DNA of 64,000 nt from Vicinamibacterales bacterium (GCA_035537775.1 DATLLQ010000230.1:1845-65844), one strand, 5' to 3'; counted from the first letter of the stretch, positions 18,497 through 28,015 are shown. Translations and numbers: made by a program. The notes: generated by a model not told the origin, from the sequence alone.

Positions 18497-18541
18497 TTCG
18501 GTGCCTCCTCCCCTTTCCGCCAGGCATCAGCTGGCACTTAG

Positions 18542-20419
18542 GTGCTCTCCCCAAAAAAATCGGTGGTGGGCGCGACAAACTCGACTATAATCCGCCCCCT
18601 TCCCGTGACTGCTAGCTCCGCCGGCGGTTTTCGAGGGGCCATCGCGCGCAACAGGCGGCGAAGCCTTTTGGCGTCGGGATCTGTCCTGTCTCTGCTTCTG
18701 ATGATCGGGCGGCTCCTGGCTGCCAGCCCTACGCTGACGGCACTGAAACCCTCAGTCGGGCATCCTCACGACGTGGTCTTCATCGACGGCACAGGCAGGG
18801 AAGGCGCCCAGATTGTGTGGGATGCGGGCACTCCAGGCAAAGAAAAGGTGATTCCAGGCGCCTACCTTGGCGCGTTCATGTTCTCGGTGCCGCCGGACGC
18901 CGCACCTGGGCCACACGTGGTGAAGCTGCAGAACAGCGACGGTCGCTCGAACTCAATGACCTTCACTGTCCCAGAAGAGACGGGGCCACTGGACGTCCCT
19001 CACCCGCCCGGAGGGGAAAACGAATTTCCGCCGCCCCGTATTGATGCCGTCACGGTTATCAGCGCGACGTTCGTTTCGTCTGGTGTCAACGTTCTACTGT
19101 ACGTGCAGGGTGCCAATATCGACGTGGGAGCGACGGTCTCGCTGAAAGCCAGCCCGTCCGCTTCGCCCGTGCCGGTCGCAACGGTCAGTCACAGGGCATT
19201 GCGAAATGACTGGTTCGGGGTGTCCTCGACTGAATTCGAATATCCCATTTATCACTACAGCTCCACCGTCGTTTCGCTTGGCGTTCGACCAGCGGGGCAG
19301 AAACTCTGGTTCGTCGTCAAGAACCTCGATAACAAGCAGAGCAAAGAGTTCGAATACAAGCTGCCGAGCGATGCCAACACTATCGACAGCGACGGCGACG
19401 GGCTGCGCGATAAGTGGGAGACCCTCGGCTACGACGCCAACGACGACGGCGCTATGGACGTCGATCTTCCGGGGTTGGGTGCGAACCCGTATCGCCGCGA
19501 CCTGTTTCTGGAACTGGACATCATGGACAACCTTCAGTTCCCGCCGCATAGCGGCGACGGGGGCGCGCCGGATTCAACGGTTGTCGATGGCCTGAAAAGA
19601 ATGTTCGAGGCAGCGCCGATCCTCAACTACGGCGGCGCTCCGGGAATACGCCTCGTGGTCGATGCGACGGGCAAACCATGTCTGCCGAACCCGCCGAATC
19701 CGGACGTCTGTTCGTTCGCTAAAACAGAGTTTACGAACATCGGCACGTTGACCCCGGCTGCGGACGCGGCTGCGGTCGCAGCTGCGATCGCATCGGGGCA
19801 AGTGAGCTACTCGCTCCTGAAGGCCCACAACTTCAGGAATGACCTGCGCGGGAGTATCTATCACTATGCGATCTGGGGAGTCCGACGGCCCCCGGACTAC
19901 GATTCCGGGATCAGTGATGTTGCTGATGATTTCCTGATCAGCATCGATCAGCGCCCAGACTTCATTCAATCGCGTCGTTCCCAGATCGAAAGATTGGCAC
20001 ACGAATTCGGCCATAACCTGGGCCAGCTTCATGGAGGCTCCGACAACATCGCATACAAGCCGAACTATCTGAGCGTCATGTCGTACAACTGGGACCTGAG
20101 GACCGGCTGGGAGAATGAGCGTCGCGAACAACGCGCCACCTGCTTGCCGTTCTACTACGCCGAAAAGGACGCCACGGAGATGGGCGGTGTCCCCCCAACG
20201 AGCGTCAACACAATCGTGGACTACTCGGAGGGAATGGGGAAGCCGCTGGTTAAGCCGCCGGCATCGACGGCGCCGTCCGTCACGAAGATGTGCGGGTCGA
20301 CGGTCGATTGGTCGGTCGAATTGTCGAAGGTCCCGCCGGCAACGATAGTCAAGGACTTTGCGAACTGGCCCGCTCTGGTCTTTACCGGTCCCACCACCGA
20401 GGGGAGGGTTAAGCCGTGA
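18542..20419 (+). CDS. Secreted metzincin-type zinc metalloprotease with an N-terminal IPT/TIG-like domain and a Ca-binding DxDxDG motif
   Basis: HEFGHNLGQLH fits HExxHxxGxxH, and a Met-turn-like LSVMSY follows. DSDGDGLRDKWE motif. TIG-like SPTLTALKPSVGHPHDVVFIDG...VVKLQNSDGRSNSMTFTV. The GTG start is uncertain. Confidence 0.7.
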   Translation: MLSPKKSVVGATNSTIIRPLPVTASSAGGFRGAIARNRRRSLLASGSVLSLLLMIGRLLAASPTLTALKPSVGHPHDVVFIDGTGREGAQIVWDAGTPGKEKVIPGAYLGAFMFSVPPDAAPGPHVVKLQNSDGRSNSMTFTVPEETGPLDVPHPPGGENEFPPPRIDAVTVISATFVSSGVNVLLYVQGANIDVGATVSLKASPSASPVPVATVSHRALRNDWFGVSSTEFEYPIYHYSSTVVSLGVRPAGQKLWFVVKNLDNKQSKEFEYKLPSDANTIDSDGDGLRDKWETLGYDANDDGAMDVDLPGLGANPYRRDLFLELDIMDNLQFPPHSGDGGAPDSTVVDGLKRMFEAAPILNYGGAPGIRLVVDATGKPCLPNPPNPDVCSFAKTEFTNIGTLTPAADAAAVAAAIASGQVSYSLLKAHNFRNDLRGSIYHYAIWGVRRPPDYDSGISDVADDFLISIDQRPDFIQSRRSQIERLAHEFGHNLGQLHGGSDNIAYKPNYLSVMSYNWDLRTGWENERREQRATCLPFYYAEKDATEMGGVPPTSVNTIVDYSEGMGKPLVKPPASTAPSVTKMCGSTVDWSVELSKVPPATIVKDFANWPALVFTGPTTEGRVKP

Positions 20420-21234
20420 AGACAGGCGCGCGATGGCTGGCGGGCGTTGCCATCGCGCTCACGCTCTCTCCGGGCTGCCGAGGCTGCAGACAGTCGGCCG
20501 CGGAAGAGGCGGCCGAAACTACCGCCCGTCTGTCTACAACGAAAGAGCAGGCGCAGCTATGGCAGGAGGCCGCAGACAAGGGTTCGCCCGGGCTGGAGCG
20601 CGTGCCGATCGCGCAGGAGCCCGTGCAGGAACGCCGGCCATCGCCTCCCGTCACGTCCACGCCGGTGCCAGCGCAGCGGATCGTGATTCCACTGGGTGTG
20701 GTGAACGCCATTCGGGTTGTGGAGTTTCCCGCTAATCCGTTGACGAGCTATGAGGGGCCAGCCACCGTCATGAGCACGTCTGGTGACGAGATCCGACTCG
20801 ATCTCGGCTCCAAACGGTTTCTCACGATCCTGGCCCGGGCTGGTAAGAATCCGATCAAAGTAGTGAAGGACGAAGTCGTCACCGTGGCGTACGCCTCACG
20901 AATTGACCCGCTGTTTCAGGACGTGGTCATCGGCATTCGAACGTCAGGCGGCACCGGCATCGTGGAGGTCGTCCGTGCCGGCCCTAAACCGGTCGAGGCG
21001 AAGATTCCGCTCTTCAACTTCTCGGCCATGCAAATCGGCACCGAACCGACGTCGCCTGTTCGAGTCAGTGGCCCAAACCTCGTGCAACGCGAGATCAAAC
21101 CTGGTGAGATGTTGGACGTCGGGAGTTACACGATCTTCATTGTGGGAAGCGCCGGCGTCGAAAAAGGCGCGGACCCTGCGCAGGTTGATGAGACCCCTTA
21201 CGCCCTAAACGTACTGGTCTGGAAAGTTCCTTGA
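20416..21234 (+). CDS. Lipoprotein, unknown function
   Basis: Lipobox-like LTLSPGC near the N-terminus. The GTG overlaps the protease stop (GTGA). I recognised no motif. Confidence 0.6.
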   Translation: MKTGARWLAGVAIALTLSPGCRGCRQSAAEEAAETTARLSTTKEQAQLWQEAADKGSPGLERVPIAQEPVQERRPSPPVTSTPVPAQRIVIPLGVVNAIRVVEFPANPLTSYEGPATVMSTSGDEIRLDLGSKRFLTILARAGKNPIKVVKDEVVTVAYASRIDPLFQDVVIGIRTSGGTGIVEVVRAGPKPVEAKIPLFNFSAMQIGTEPTSPVRVSGPNLVQREIKPGEMLDVGSYTIFIVGSAGVEKGADPAQVDETPYALNVLVWKVP

Positions 21235-21247
21235 AAGGAGGACTGTC

Positions 21248-21790
21248 ATGAAGAAGTTGCTTCTCGTAAGCCTGCTGGCAGCGGCGACGACGGTATTGGC
21301 GTGTAACAGCTCGGAGAAAGCTGCACCCGCTGCGGCGCCGGCCGATGGTATTGCGCCCGCTGCGGCGGACGGTCAACCGAAACAGACTCGAATCCATTTC
21401 ACGAACAACTATCACAAGGGGACCAATCCCGGGCAGTACGATACCAACTGCATCGGCATCGTCACGACTGAACAGATCAAGGCTGACAAGAAGCAGAAGA
21501 TCATGTGGAAGATCAGCTTGATCAACGGCGAATCCAGAGATGACGAATGTACTGGGCTCACTGACCTGTCGTCGGTGAACCTGCGCTTCGAGAACGATGT
21601 CATGGGCCCGGCGGCGGTGAAGAAGTTGACTGCCAACAGCGGCGGGGTCATCCAGGGTGAGATATCCGACGACGAAGCGCATTACAACAACACCCGCATC
21701 CAGAAGTACCAGGTCTACATTGGGGACAAGAAGGCGGGCCCGGATCCGATCATCGTCGTGCCCTGCAGCAGCTGCGGAGAAGAAGAATAG
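21248..21790 (+). CDS. Small lipoprotein, unknown function, in low-GC coding sequence
   Basis: MKKLLLVSLLAAATTVLAC lipobox with AAGGAGG 6-12 nt upstream of the ATG. C-terminus VVPCSSCGEEE. 21481..21540 is 29/60 G+C by hand count. Confidence 0.65.
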   Translation: MKKLLLVSLLAAATTVLACNSSEKAAPAAAPADGIAPAAADGQPKQTRIHFTNNYHKGTNPGQYDTNCIGIVTTEQIKADKKQKIMWKISLINGESRDDECTGLTDLSSVNLRFENDVMGPAAVKKLTANSGGVIQGEISDDEAHYNNTRIQKYQVYIGDKKAGPDPIIVVPCSSCGEEE

Positions 21791-21811
21791 AGAGGATCCC
21801 GGCGAGGAGTT

Positions 21812-24427
21812 TCAGCGCTTCTTCGCCGCCGCGTCGAGTTCTTGAAACGCCCGAAGCGATCGCAGCGATGCGAGGTCGTCGTCATCGCGTGCCTGGTGAA
21901 ACGGGTATCCTCGCTCGATCGCTTCCGCTAATCTTTTGACGGCGTCATCGCGCTGGCCAATGAGTGCCAGCGCGGCCGCCCGCCGATACAACACGTCCAG
22001 GTCGGACGGGTTTGTCGTGAAGGCACGTCGCGTGTACAGCTCGGCCTCAATCTTCGATCCAACTTTCGCGTAATACAGACCAAGCAGCGACTCCATCGCC
22101 GCATCGTTCTGGTTGACTTTCAGCGCATTCTCCCCGGCGTCGATTGCCTTGTTGTACGCAACCGTTGCATCCCTCTTCCGGCCGCCTTTGCGGTAGGCAT
22201 CACCTAAATTGCCCCAGTTCAACGCAATCTTCGGTTCGAGATTCGCCGCCCGTTCATAATCGCGAATCGCTTCGTCGTACCGTTGCTCGGAATATGCGAT
22301 GTAGCCCAGGTTCGCGAAAGAGACAGCGTTCGCGCGGACCTCATTGGACTTCTTGAAACTCTGGCTCGCGCGAACGCGATCGCCATCCTCGTCTCGCGCA
22401 AGGTACGTCGCGCCAAGCTGTTGCAGAGGCATCTCGTCATCGGGCTTGAGCTTCGCGAGCAGTGTGAACTCCCGAATAGCGTCCGCATACTGGCGGTTTC
22501 CGAGAAAGAACAGCCCGAGCACTTCGTGATTGAGCCAATAGTTCGGCTGCACCTCTAATGCTTTTTGAAACGCCTCGAGCGCTTCGCGCGGCTGCCCGGC
22601 TTTAGCCAGCAACTCGCCGAGCAGACGGTGTGCCCTGGGATTGTCCGGCTGATCCGCGAGCACATTTTTCACTTCAAGGACTGCCAGCGGCTGACGGCCG
22701 GTGGATCGAAGTACGGACGCCAGCGACAGCCGGACGTCGGGCTGGACGGCATCGAGACGCAGTGCTTGATCAATCGCGGTGACCGCGTCGTCCATGAGCT
22801 TTGGGTTGTTGGTCCTGACCGAGTGGCGCCGATACGTCTCGCCAAGCGCGGCAAACGCCTCCGCGAACTTGGAATCACGTGCTGTCGCCTGCTTGAACAG
22901 GCGAACGGCGGCGTCGAAGTCCAGGTCAGGTCGATCCAGCAGCTCCAGCCCCCGCAGATACGCGTCCATCGCCACTGGATCGTCTGAAGGCGAACGTGCC
23001 AGTTGCATGCGCTCTGGTACGCTGACCTTGACACGCAACGTCGCGAGCAGCGATTCGGCAAGCCGGTTCTGTATCGAGAACAGCTCGGCCTCACGATCCT
23101 CTGCCTTGTCGCTCCAGACCTGCCTCTCGTCGGGGGTCACCAGTCGGGCGATCACGAGCAGCCTGTCGCCCGACTGCTGGATGCTGCCTTGAACCAGCAT
23201 CGTTGCCCCGAGCTCGCGCGCGACTGCCTCGAGCCCGAGCGTAGCGCCAGCCTCCACCACGCTCTCCGATTGCGAGACGACGGTAATCGACGGCAAGCGG
23301 CCCAGCGAATTCTCCAACAACCTCGCGACGCCAAGGCCAAGGTGTGACTTCGACTCGTCGCCGGTCAGATTCGCGAAGGTCAGCACCGCAATGACCGGCC
23401 GCTCGGTGGTGTCCGTGACGTTAAGCCGGCTGAGAAGCGGGGCGGCGGCCAGACCACCAATCGCGAGGGCGCCTGCAATCAGCCATGCGGCGTAGCCATG
23501 CAGGCGCCGTTTTCGAACGGCAGTGCCGAGCGTCTGACTTCTGAGTGGCGGGCGGCCTCTGTCCGACGAGACTTCCGTCAGCACACGCCGCAGCTCCGTC
23601 TCCAGAGCACCCGCCGTCTGAAAGCGATTGGCCGGGTTGCGCGCCATGCAGCGGGCGATCGTTTCGGAGATTTCAGGTGCGATTGCGGGGTCCACGTCGC
23701 GCACGGTTCTGATCGGCGTGGTCAGGGCCGCGTTCCGAATCAGCTCCCCGATGTCGCCGTCATGCGGCCGGTGTCCAGTCACCAGCTCGAACAGCATCAC
23801 TCCCAGGGTGTAGATGTCCGTGCGCTCATCGACCCGATCGCCCAGGAGCTGCTCGGGCGACATGTAGGGAGGCGTCCCCATGATCTGCCCGGTCGTCGTA
23901 TGTACCCGCGGTTCGCCGTCCTCGCCCGTCGGCAGCGAGGTCTCGTGCTGGAGAAACTTCGCGAGACCGAAATCCAGCACCTTGACGTGACCGTCACCGG
24001 TCACCATGACGTTGGCCGGCTTCAGATCGCGATGGACGACTCGTGCGCGATGCGCGGCGCCGAGCGCGTTGGCGATCTCGATGCCGATCTCGAGCGCGCG
24101 CGCCAGCGACGGGCGTCCTTTCCTGACATGCGCCGCAAGCGTCTCGCCGCGCACGTATTCCATGACGATGAACGGTTGATCGCCGATCCGGCCGATGTCG
24201 TGAACCGCCAGGATCCGTGGATGGTTCAGTGCGGCGGTGGTCTGTGCCTCCTGCTCAAATCGCCGGAGCCGATCGGGATCGGCGGCGAAGGCGGAGGGGA
24301 GCAGCTTGACCGCGACGGTGCGGCCGAGCAGCGGATCGCGGGCCAGGTACACCTCGCCCATGCCGCCGGCCCCCAGCGGTGACTGGATCTCGTAACGACC
24401 GACTGAAGTGCCGGCGACTAGCGCCAC
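21812..24427 (-). CDS. Hanks-type Ser/Thr protein kinase with a TM helix and a C-terminal TPR array
   Basis: GAGGMGEVY...VAVK, HRDLKPANV, DFGLAK and GTPPYMSPE. A TM helix follows (AAWLIAGALAIGGLAAAPLL), then multiple TPR-like repeats. Confidence 0.9.
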   Translation of the reverse strand: MALVAGTSVGRYEIQSPLGAGGMGEVYLARDPLLGRTVAVKLLPSAFAADPDRLRRFEQEAQTTAALNHPRILAVHDIGRIGDQPFIVMEYVRGETLAAHVRKGRPSLARALEIGIEIANALGAAHRARVVHRDLKPANVMVTGDGHVKVLDFGLAKFLQHETSLPTGEDGEPRVHTTTGQIMGTPPYMSPEQLLGDRVDERTDIYTLGVMLFELVTGHRPHDGDIGELIRNAALTTPIRTVRDVDPAIAPEISETIARCMARNPANRFQTAGALETELRRVLTEVSSDRGRPPLRSQTLGTAVRKRRLHGYAAWLIAGALAIGGLAAAPLLSRLNVTDTTERPVIAVLTFANLTGDESKSHLGLGVARLLENSLGRLPSITVVSQSESVVEAGATLGLEAVARELGATMLVQGSIQQSGDRLLVIARLVTPDERQVWSDKAEDREAELFSIQNRLAESLLATLRVKVSVPERMQLARSPSDDPVAMDAYLRGLELLDRPDLDFDAAVRLFKQATARDSKFAEAFAALGETYRRHSVRTNNPKLMDDAVTAIDQALRLDAVQPDVRLSLASVLRSTGRQPLAVLEVKNVLADQPDNPRAHRLLGELLAKAGQPREALEAFQKALEVQPNYWLNHEVLGLFFLGNRQYADAIREFTLLAKLKPDDEMPLQQLGATYLARDEDGDRVRASQSFKKSNEVRANAVSFANLGYIAYSEQRYDEAIRDYERAANLEPKIALNWGNLGDAYRKGGRKRDATVAYNKAIDAGENALKVNQNDAAMESLLGLYYAKVGSKIEAELYTRRAFTTNPSDLDVLYRRAAALALIGQRDDAVKRLAEAIERGYPFHQARDDDDLASLRSLRAFQELDAAAKKR

Positions 24428-24519
24428 ATGCTGACCAATACGGGACGGACCGGGGAAAGCGTCCCCCGGCAGGCGCCAGTATAGTCCTCAGGTTTTGGGA
24501 GGGAAGAGGGGAGCCGGAT

Positions 24520-24606
24520 TCAGGCGCTGCGGTCGATCAGCCAGCCAAGGACGACGACCAGTACCACGGTGGCGGCGACGGTTGCGGTGACCAGCAGGGC
24601 GACCAT
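24520..24606 (-). CDS. Candidate 28-aa single-TM peptide
   Basis: MVALLVTATVAATVVLVVVLGWLIDRSA. Its ATG overlaps the stop of the upstream membrane gene by 1 nt (TGATG). It could be a chance ORF in high-GC DNA. Confidence 0.25.
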   Translation of the reverse strand: MVALLVTATVAATVVLVVVLGWLIDRSA

Positions 24607-25553
24607 CAGAACGACTTGCCCAGGAACGGAAGCATCCGGCCGGCGTAGAGCACGCCGAACCACGAGACGAGCGACAGGACCGCCATCGCCTTGTCGCCAG
24701 CGCCAGGCTGGAACCCGGCCTCGACGCGGCCCTCGCGGGGCCAAGGCTTCCCGAAGACAGTCAGATACAGGAAGTTGGCACCGGCAATCATCAGGAACGC
24801 GATCTTCCAGTAGAACGGGTTGCTCGCGGTGTACTGCCCCGGCTGGCCGACGAAGAAGAACATCCCGGTGATGAGATTGGCGCCGAAGCCAAGCATGCCC
24901 CACGGCAGCAGCCGGTGCACGTCGTCAAACGGAATCCGCCGCATCGCGCCGAGTATCCGCAGGTTCACGGCCAGCAGCACGCCGAACGAAAGGGAGAGTC
25001 CCAGGAAGTGAATGGCCTCTGCGGCTGGCCAGGCCCACGAGCTGTAAACCGCCACCTGGCCGATCGCGTACGCCATGAATCGCTTCGGGTCGCCTTCCGG
25101 CGCAGGCGCACCCGAGGCCAGGATTTCGGGATGGCGGATCTCGCCACCGATGTTCGCCGCACGCCCCATCACCACAAGCGACAGAAGCAGGAGAATCGTC
25201 GCGGCCGGGACAACACCCGCCGCCGCACGGCCGTGGCGCCGCCACTGCCACAACGCCAGCCATGCAATGAACCCGGCAAACTCCATCACGCTGAAGCCGA
25301 TGATCGCCGCATCCTGATGGACTCTGATCGCTTCGACGGACACTCCGGCAGTTTCGCGCAGTTCCTGATGAGCGGCCACGCCGCTGACGTAGACGGGCAG
25401 CGTCAGGAGCGCAATCAGGAAGAGCACCTCCAGCCCGACGTGCTTCAGATGCTCGTTGCGGCGGGTGTAGCCCAGGATCAGGAGGCCCAGCGCCACCACC
25501 GACCCGATGGTGGGCACATGGTTCATCACGAGATGGAGATGGGCGAAGTTCAC
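24606..25553 (-). CDS. Polytopic membrane protein (about 8 TM), unknown function
   Basis: Hydrophobic helices throughout. His-containing motifs HLHLVMNHVPTIG and GGEIRHPEI. The C-terminal half resembles the product of 25560..26024. GTG start. Confidence 0.7.
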   Translation of the reverse strand: MNFAHLHLVMNHVPTIGSVVALGLLILGYTRRNEHLKHVGLEVLFLIALLTLPVYVSGVAAHQELRETAGVSVEAIRVHQDAAIIGFSVMEFAGFIAWLALWQWRRHGRAAAGVVPAATILLLLSLVVMGRAANIGGEIRHPEILASGAPAPEGDPKRFMAYAIGQVAVYSSWAWPAAEAIHFLGLSLSFGVLLAVNLRILGAMRRIPFDDVHRLLPWGMLGFGANLITGMFFFVGQPGQYTASNPFYWKIAFLMIAGANFLYLTVFGKPWPREGRVEAGFQPGAGDKAMAVLSLVSWFGVLYAGRMLPFLGKSF

Positions 25554-25559
25554 GGCTGC

Positions 25560-26024
25560 TTAGAGAACGACATAGGCGAGCAAGCGGCCCGCGGTTACGG
25601 CGCCTGTCCAGGCCAGCACCGACACGATCGCCAGCGTTCTGGCGTTACTGGGAACCTCACCCTCGGCACCGCTCAGCACGTACTTGCGAAGCGGCATCAA
25701 CGTGGCGGCGCCGGCGACGACCAGCGACATCTTGATAAAAAACGGTACGGCGGTCCCCATCGTCGTCGCGGCCTTGATGAAGAGCAGCACGCCGGTCACG
25801 ACATTAACAACGAGGCCGATCGCAATAGCCGGAAAAACCCAGCGGTAGGACGACAAAGGAATCTGCCGGTTGACGCCAAGCAGACGCAGGTCGAGCATCC
25901 AACTGGCGCCGACGAGGACGGCCATCCCTGTGGTGTGAAGGGTGAGGACGGTGGGGAGCGCCCATATCGAAGGCGACTCCCCCAACCAGACTGCTAACGA
26001 CGACGACTCAAGCCAGGAGAGCAC
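25560..26024 (-). CDS. 4-TM membrane protein, unknown function
   Basis: LTLHTTGMAVLVGASWMLDLRLLGVNRQIPL... aligns by eye with HFLGLSLSFGVLLAVNLRILGAMRRIPF... of the next gene. Its GTG start directly abuts the upstream TGA. Confidence 0.7.
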   Translation of the reverse strand: MLSWLESSSLAVWLGESPSIWALPTVLTLHTTGMAVLVGASWMLDLRLLGVNRQIPLSSYRWVFPAIAIGLVVNVVTGVLLFIKAATTMGTAVPFFIKMSLVVAGAATLMPLRKYVLSGAEGEVPSNARTLAIVSVLAWTGAVTAGRLLAYVVL

Positions 26025-26930
26025 TCAGTGCCGATACTGTGAGCTGGCTTCTGTCTGTTCGTGGTCCGTGCAGGCTCCACGCTCTCCGACGATCGTGTTG
26101 TTACCCGCAAGTCGCATGGTGATGGTCGGCATGACCCACGGTTTCAGAAGCACCTCCGGGTCCTCGACAGTGACGTCGTAGGTAATCTGGTTCCCGACCC
26201 GGGTGAACTTCTCGATGACGCGCATCTTGTCGGAGTGGAACCACCCGCCGCGGGCGAGCCAGGTCTCGTCGGTAAAGCCGATGGAGTCGAGGACGAGCGT
26301 GTCGCCCTCCCACCTGCCGACCGTGTAGCCCATGAGGCTGTACTGGTTGGGCCGGTTTGGATCATGCGGCTTCCCGTTCAGCGCCACCATGCGGAACTCG
26401 GCATATCCGCCGGCACCGTCGCGGCCGCCCGGGTAGATCATCGTGATGTCGGTGTCGGTGTGGAAGATTCTCGACGGCGGCCCCTGTCGCGGAAGACCGA
26501 GCGCCAGGCAAGACCCAACCGGGTCGTACTTGTTCGTCCACTGGTCGAGCTCGATGACCTTGTTCCAGTGCTCGGGCTTGTACATCGGCTGATTCAGGCC
26601 GAGCCGCGAAGTCGACATGAACACCCAGTCTTCGCTCTGGTTCGTCCATTCCATGCACTGCTTGTTCTGGAACGGCGTGCACCGCCGGAACATGTCGCCA
26701 ACCGTCCAACCGGAACCCTGGACGCCGGAGCCGGTGATGAGGCCGCCAGCCTGCCAGGAGCCTGTCAGGTCGGGTTTCCCACTCGCCAGCTTGGGCGTCG
26801 GTGCGTTCGGATCGGGCGCTGGCGCCCCGCCGCCGCGGCCGCCCTGCCCACCCTGCGCGCCCAGGGGCGCCACGAGGAGACCGAGCGCTACGAGCAGGGT
26901 CGATGCCTTTAGCAAGTTCCTCACAGTCAT
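26025..26930 (-). CDS. Secreted protein of an uncharacterised family (GKPDLxGxW ... GRW[DE]GDTLV motif)
   Basis: The ATG at 26930 lies 2 nt after the upstream stop, with GAGG upstream. Signal peptide MTVRNLLKASTLLVALGLLVAPLGA, a GQGGRGGG tract, GKPDLTGSW and VGRWEGDTLVLDSIGF. The listed longer ORF overlaps the upstream gene. Confidence 0.7.
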   Translation of the reverse strand: MTVRNLLKASTLLVALGLLVAPLGAQGGQGGRGGGAPAPDPNAPTPKLASGKPDLTGSWQAGGLITGSGVQGSGWTVGDMFRRCTPFQNKQCMEWTNQSEDWVFMSTSRLGLNQPMYKPEHWNKVIELDQWTNKYDPVGSCLALGLPRQGPPSRIFHTDTDITMIYPGGRDGAGGYAEFRMVALNGKPHDPNRPNQYSLMGYTVGRWEGDTLVLDSIGFTDETWLARGGWFHSDKMRVIEKFTRVGNQITYDVTVEDPEVLLKPWVMPTITMRLAGNNTIVGERGACTDHEQTEASSQYRH

Positions 26931-26932
26931 CC

Positions 26933-28000
26933 TCACTTTCCAGCTTTCTGCACGCTTTCCGGAACCGGCACGATGACGTATATCTGGCCGATCTCGGTAA
27001 CCTTTGAGGTCACGTTGCGCACGGCCGCGCCGTTCTTGCGTTCGACGGTGGTGCCTGGCATCAATGCCTCGATCTTGAACAGCGGATTGTTGAAGTCCGC
27101 CCACTTGCTGTAGATGAATTCGTGGGTGTCGTTCCCGTTCTTCACCACCACGCTCTCTGGCAGGTAGTTGACGAGCGTCGCCGTCGCCGTTGCACCCGGA
27201 ACGTCAGGAACCGGGAACGTGAGCACGGCCTTCTCCACCGTCTTCTCCGTCACCCACGTCAGCGTCGTCGTCCCCTTCACTCCGGCAGCGGCCTGCCGAT
27301 CGAGCAGTGTGGCCGGGTTCTGGCCGAAGGACTGCAGAGGGTGCATCCCTGCTGCGCCAGCAATGGCAGCCTTGATCGAACCATGCGGGCCGGCCCACAG
27401 ACGAATCCGGCGGTCCGTGAGCGCCGCTCGGTTTGGAGTCGACTTGCCCTTGCCAGGAACGAGTTCCGCGCCCGGGATGTCGTCGTCCCAGGCGTAATCC
27501 CCGCTCATGTTCTCGACGATCGAGTAGGTCTGCTTGTTGGCACGCGTGCACCCGATGTCAATCCGGTATCCCGGGACCAGGTAGTTGGCCTGCCAGTGAT
27601 ACTTCGTGATCGTGCAGGGCTGGCCGTTCACCTGCACGGTGCCGCCCGCCCCGTAGTAGTCGAGCGTCTTGACCAGCTCGGACTCTGCGCCGCTGCGCAG
27701 CATTCCCATGTGCCAGGCCCAGTTGTAGAGAACGTCCTTCAGTTCCTTGGACCCTGCCGGAGGCGTATACGCACCGCCCCGCCCGCGGCCAGCAGCAGCG
27801 CCACCACCCGGACCACCAGGACCGCCGCGGCCCTGAGCACCACCCGGCCCGCCGGGACCCTGTCCGCCCCTGCCCTGCGCGCCGGCGGCCGGGCCCTGTC
27901 CGCCAGCAGCCGGAGCCTGGCCCAAAGCGGTCACACCGCTCAGGGCGACCACACACGCGAGCACACTTATCGCTAGAGTTCGTCGTTCAAACATGGCCAA
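26933..28000 (-). CDS. Secreted protein with a Gly/Arg-rich N-terminal tract, unknown function
   Basis: Signal peptide MAMFERRTLAISVLACVVALSGVTALG, then about 50 aa of GQGP/GRGG low complexity, then a globular region with no motif I recognise. Confidence 0.65.
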   Translation of the reverse strand: MAMFERRTLAISVLACVVALSGVTALGQAPAAGGQGPAAGAQGRGGQGPGGPGGAQGRGGPGGPGGGAAAGRGRGGAYTPPAGSKELKDVLYNWAWHMGMLRSGAESELVKTLDYYGAGGTVQVNGQPCTITKYHWQANYLVPGYRIDIGCTRANKQTYSIVENMSGDYAWDDDIPGAELVPGKGKSTPNRAALTDRRIRLWAGPHGSIKAAIAGAAGMHPLQSFGQNPATLLDRQAAAGVKGTTTLTWVTEKTVEKAVLTFPVPDVPGATATATLVNYLPESVVVKNGNDTHEFIYSKWADFNNPLFKIEALMPGTTVERKNGAAVRNVTSKVTEIGQIYVIVPVPESVQKAGK

Positions 28001-28015
28001 CTCCGAGGTATCCGA

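Noticed and set aside
24915-25997. 360-aa plus-strand ORF
   Set aside because: It is antisense to the two membrane-protein genes. It is Arg/His/Gln-rich with no hydrophobic core or motifs.
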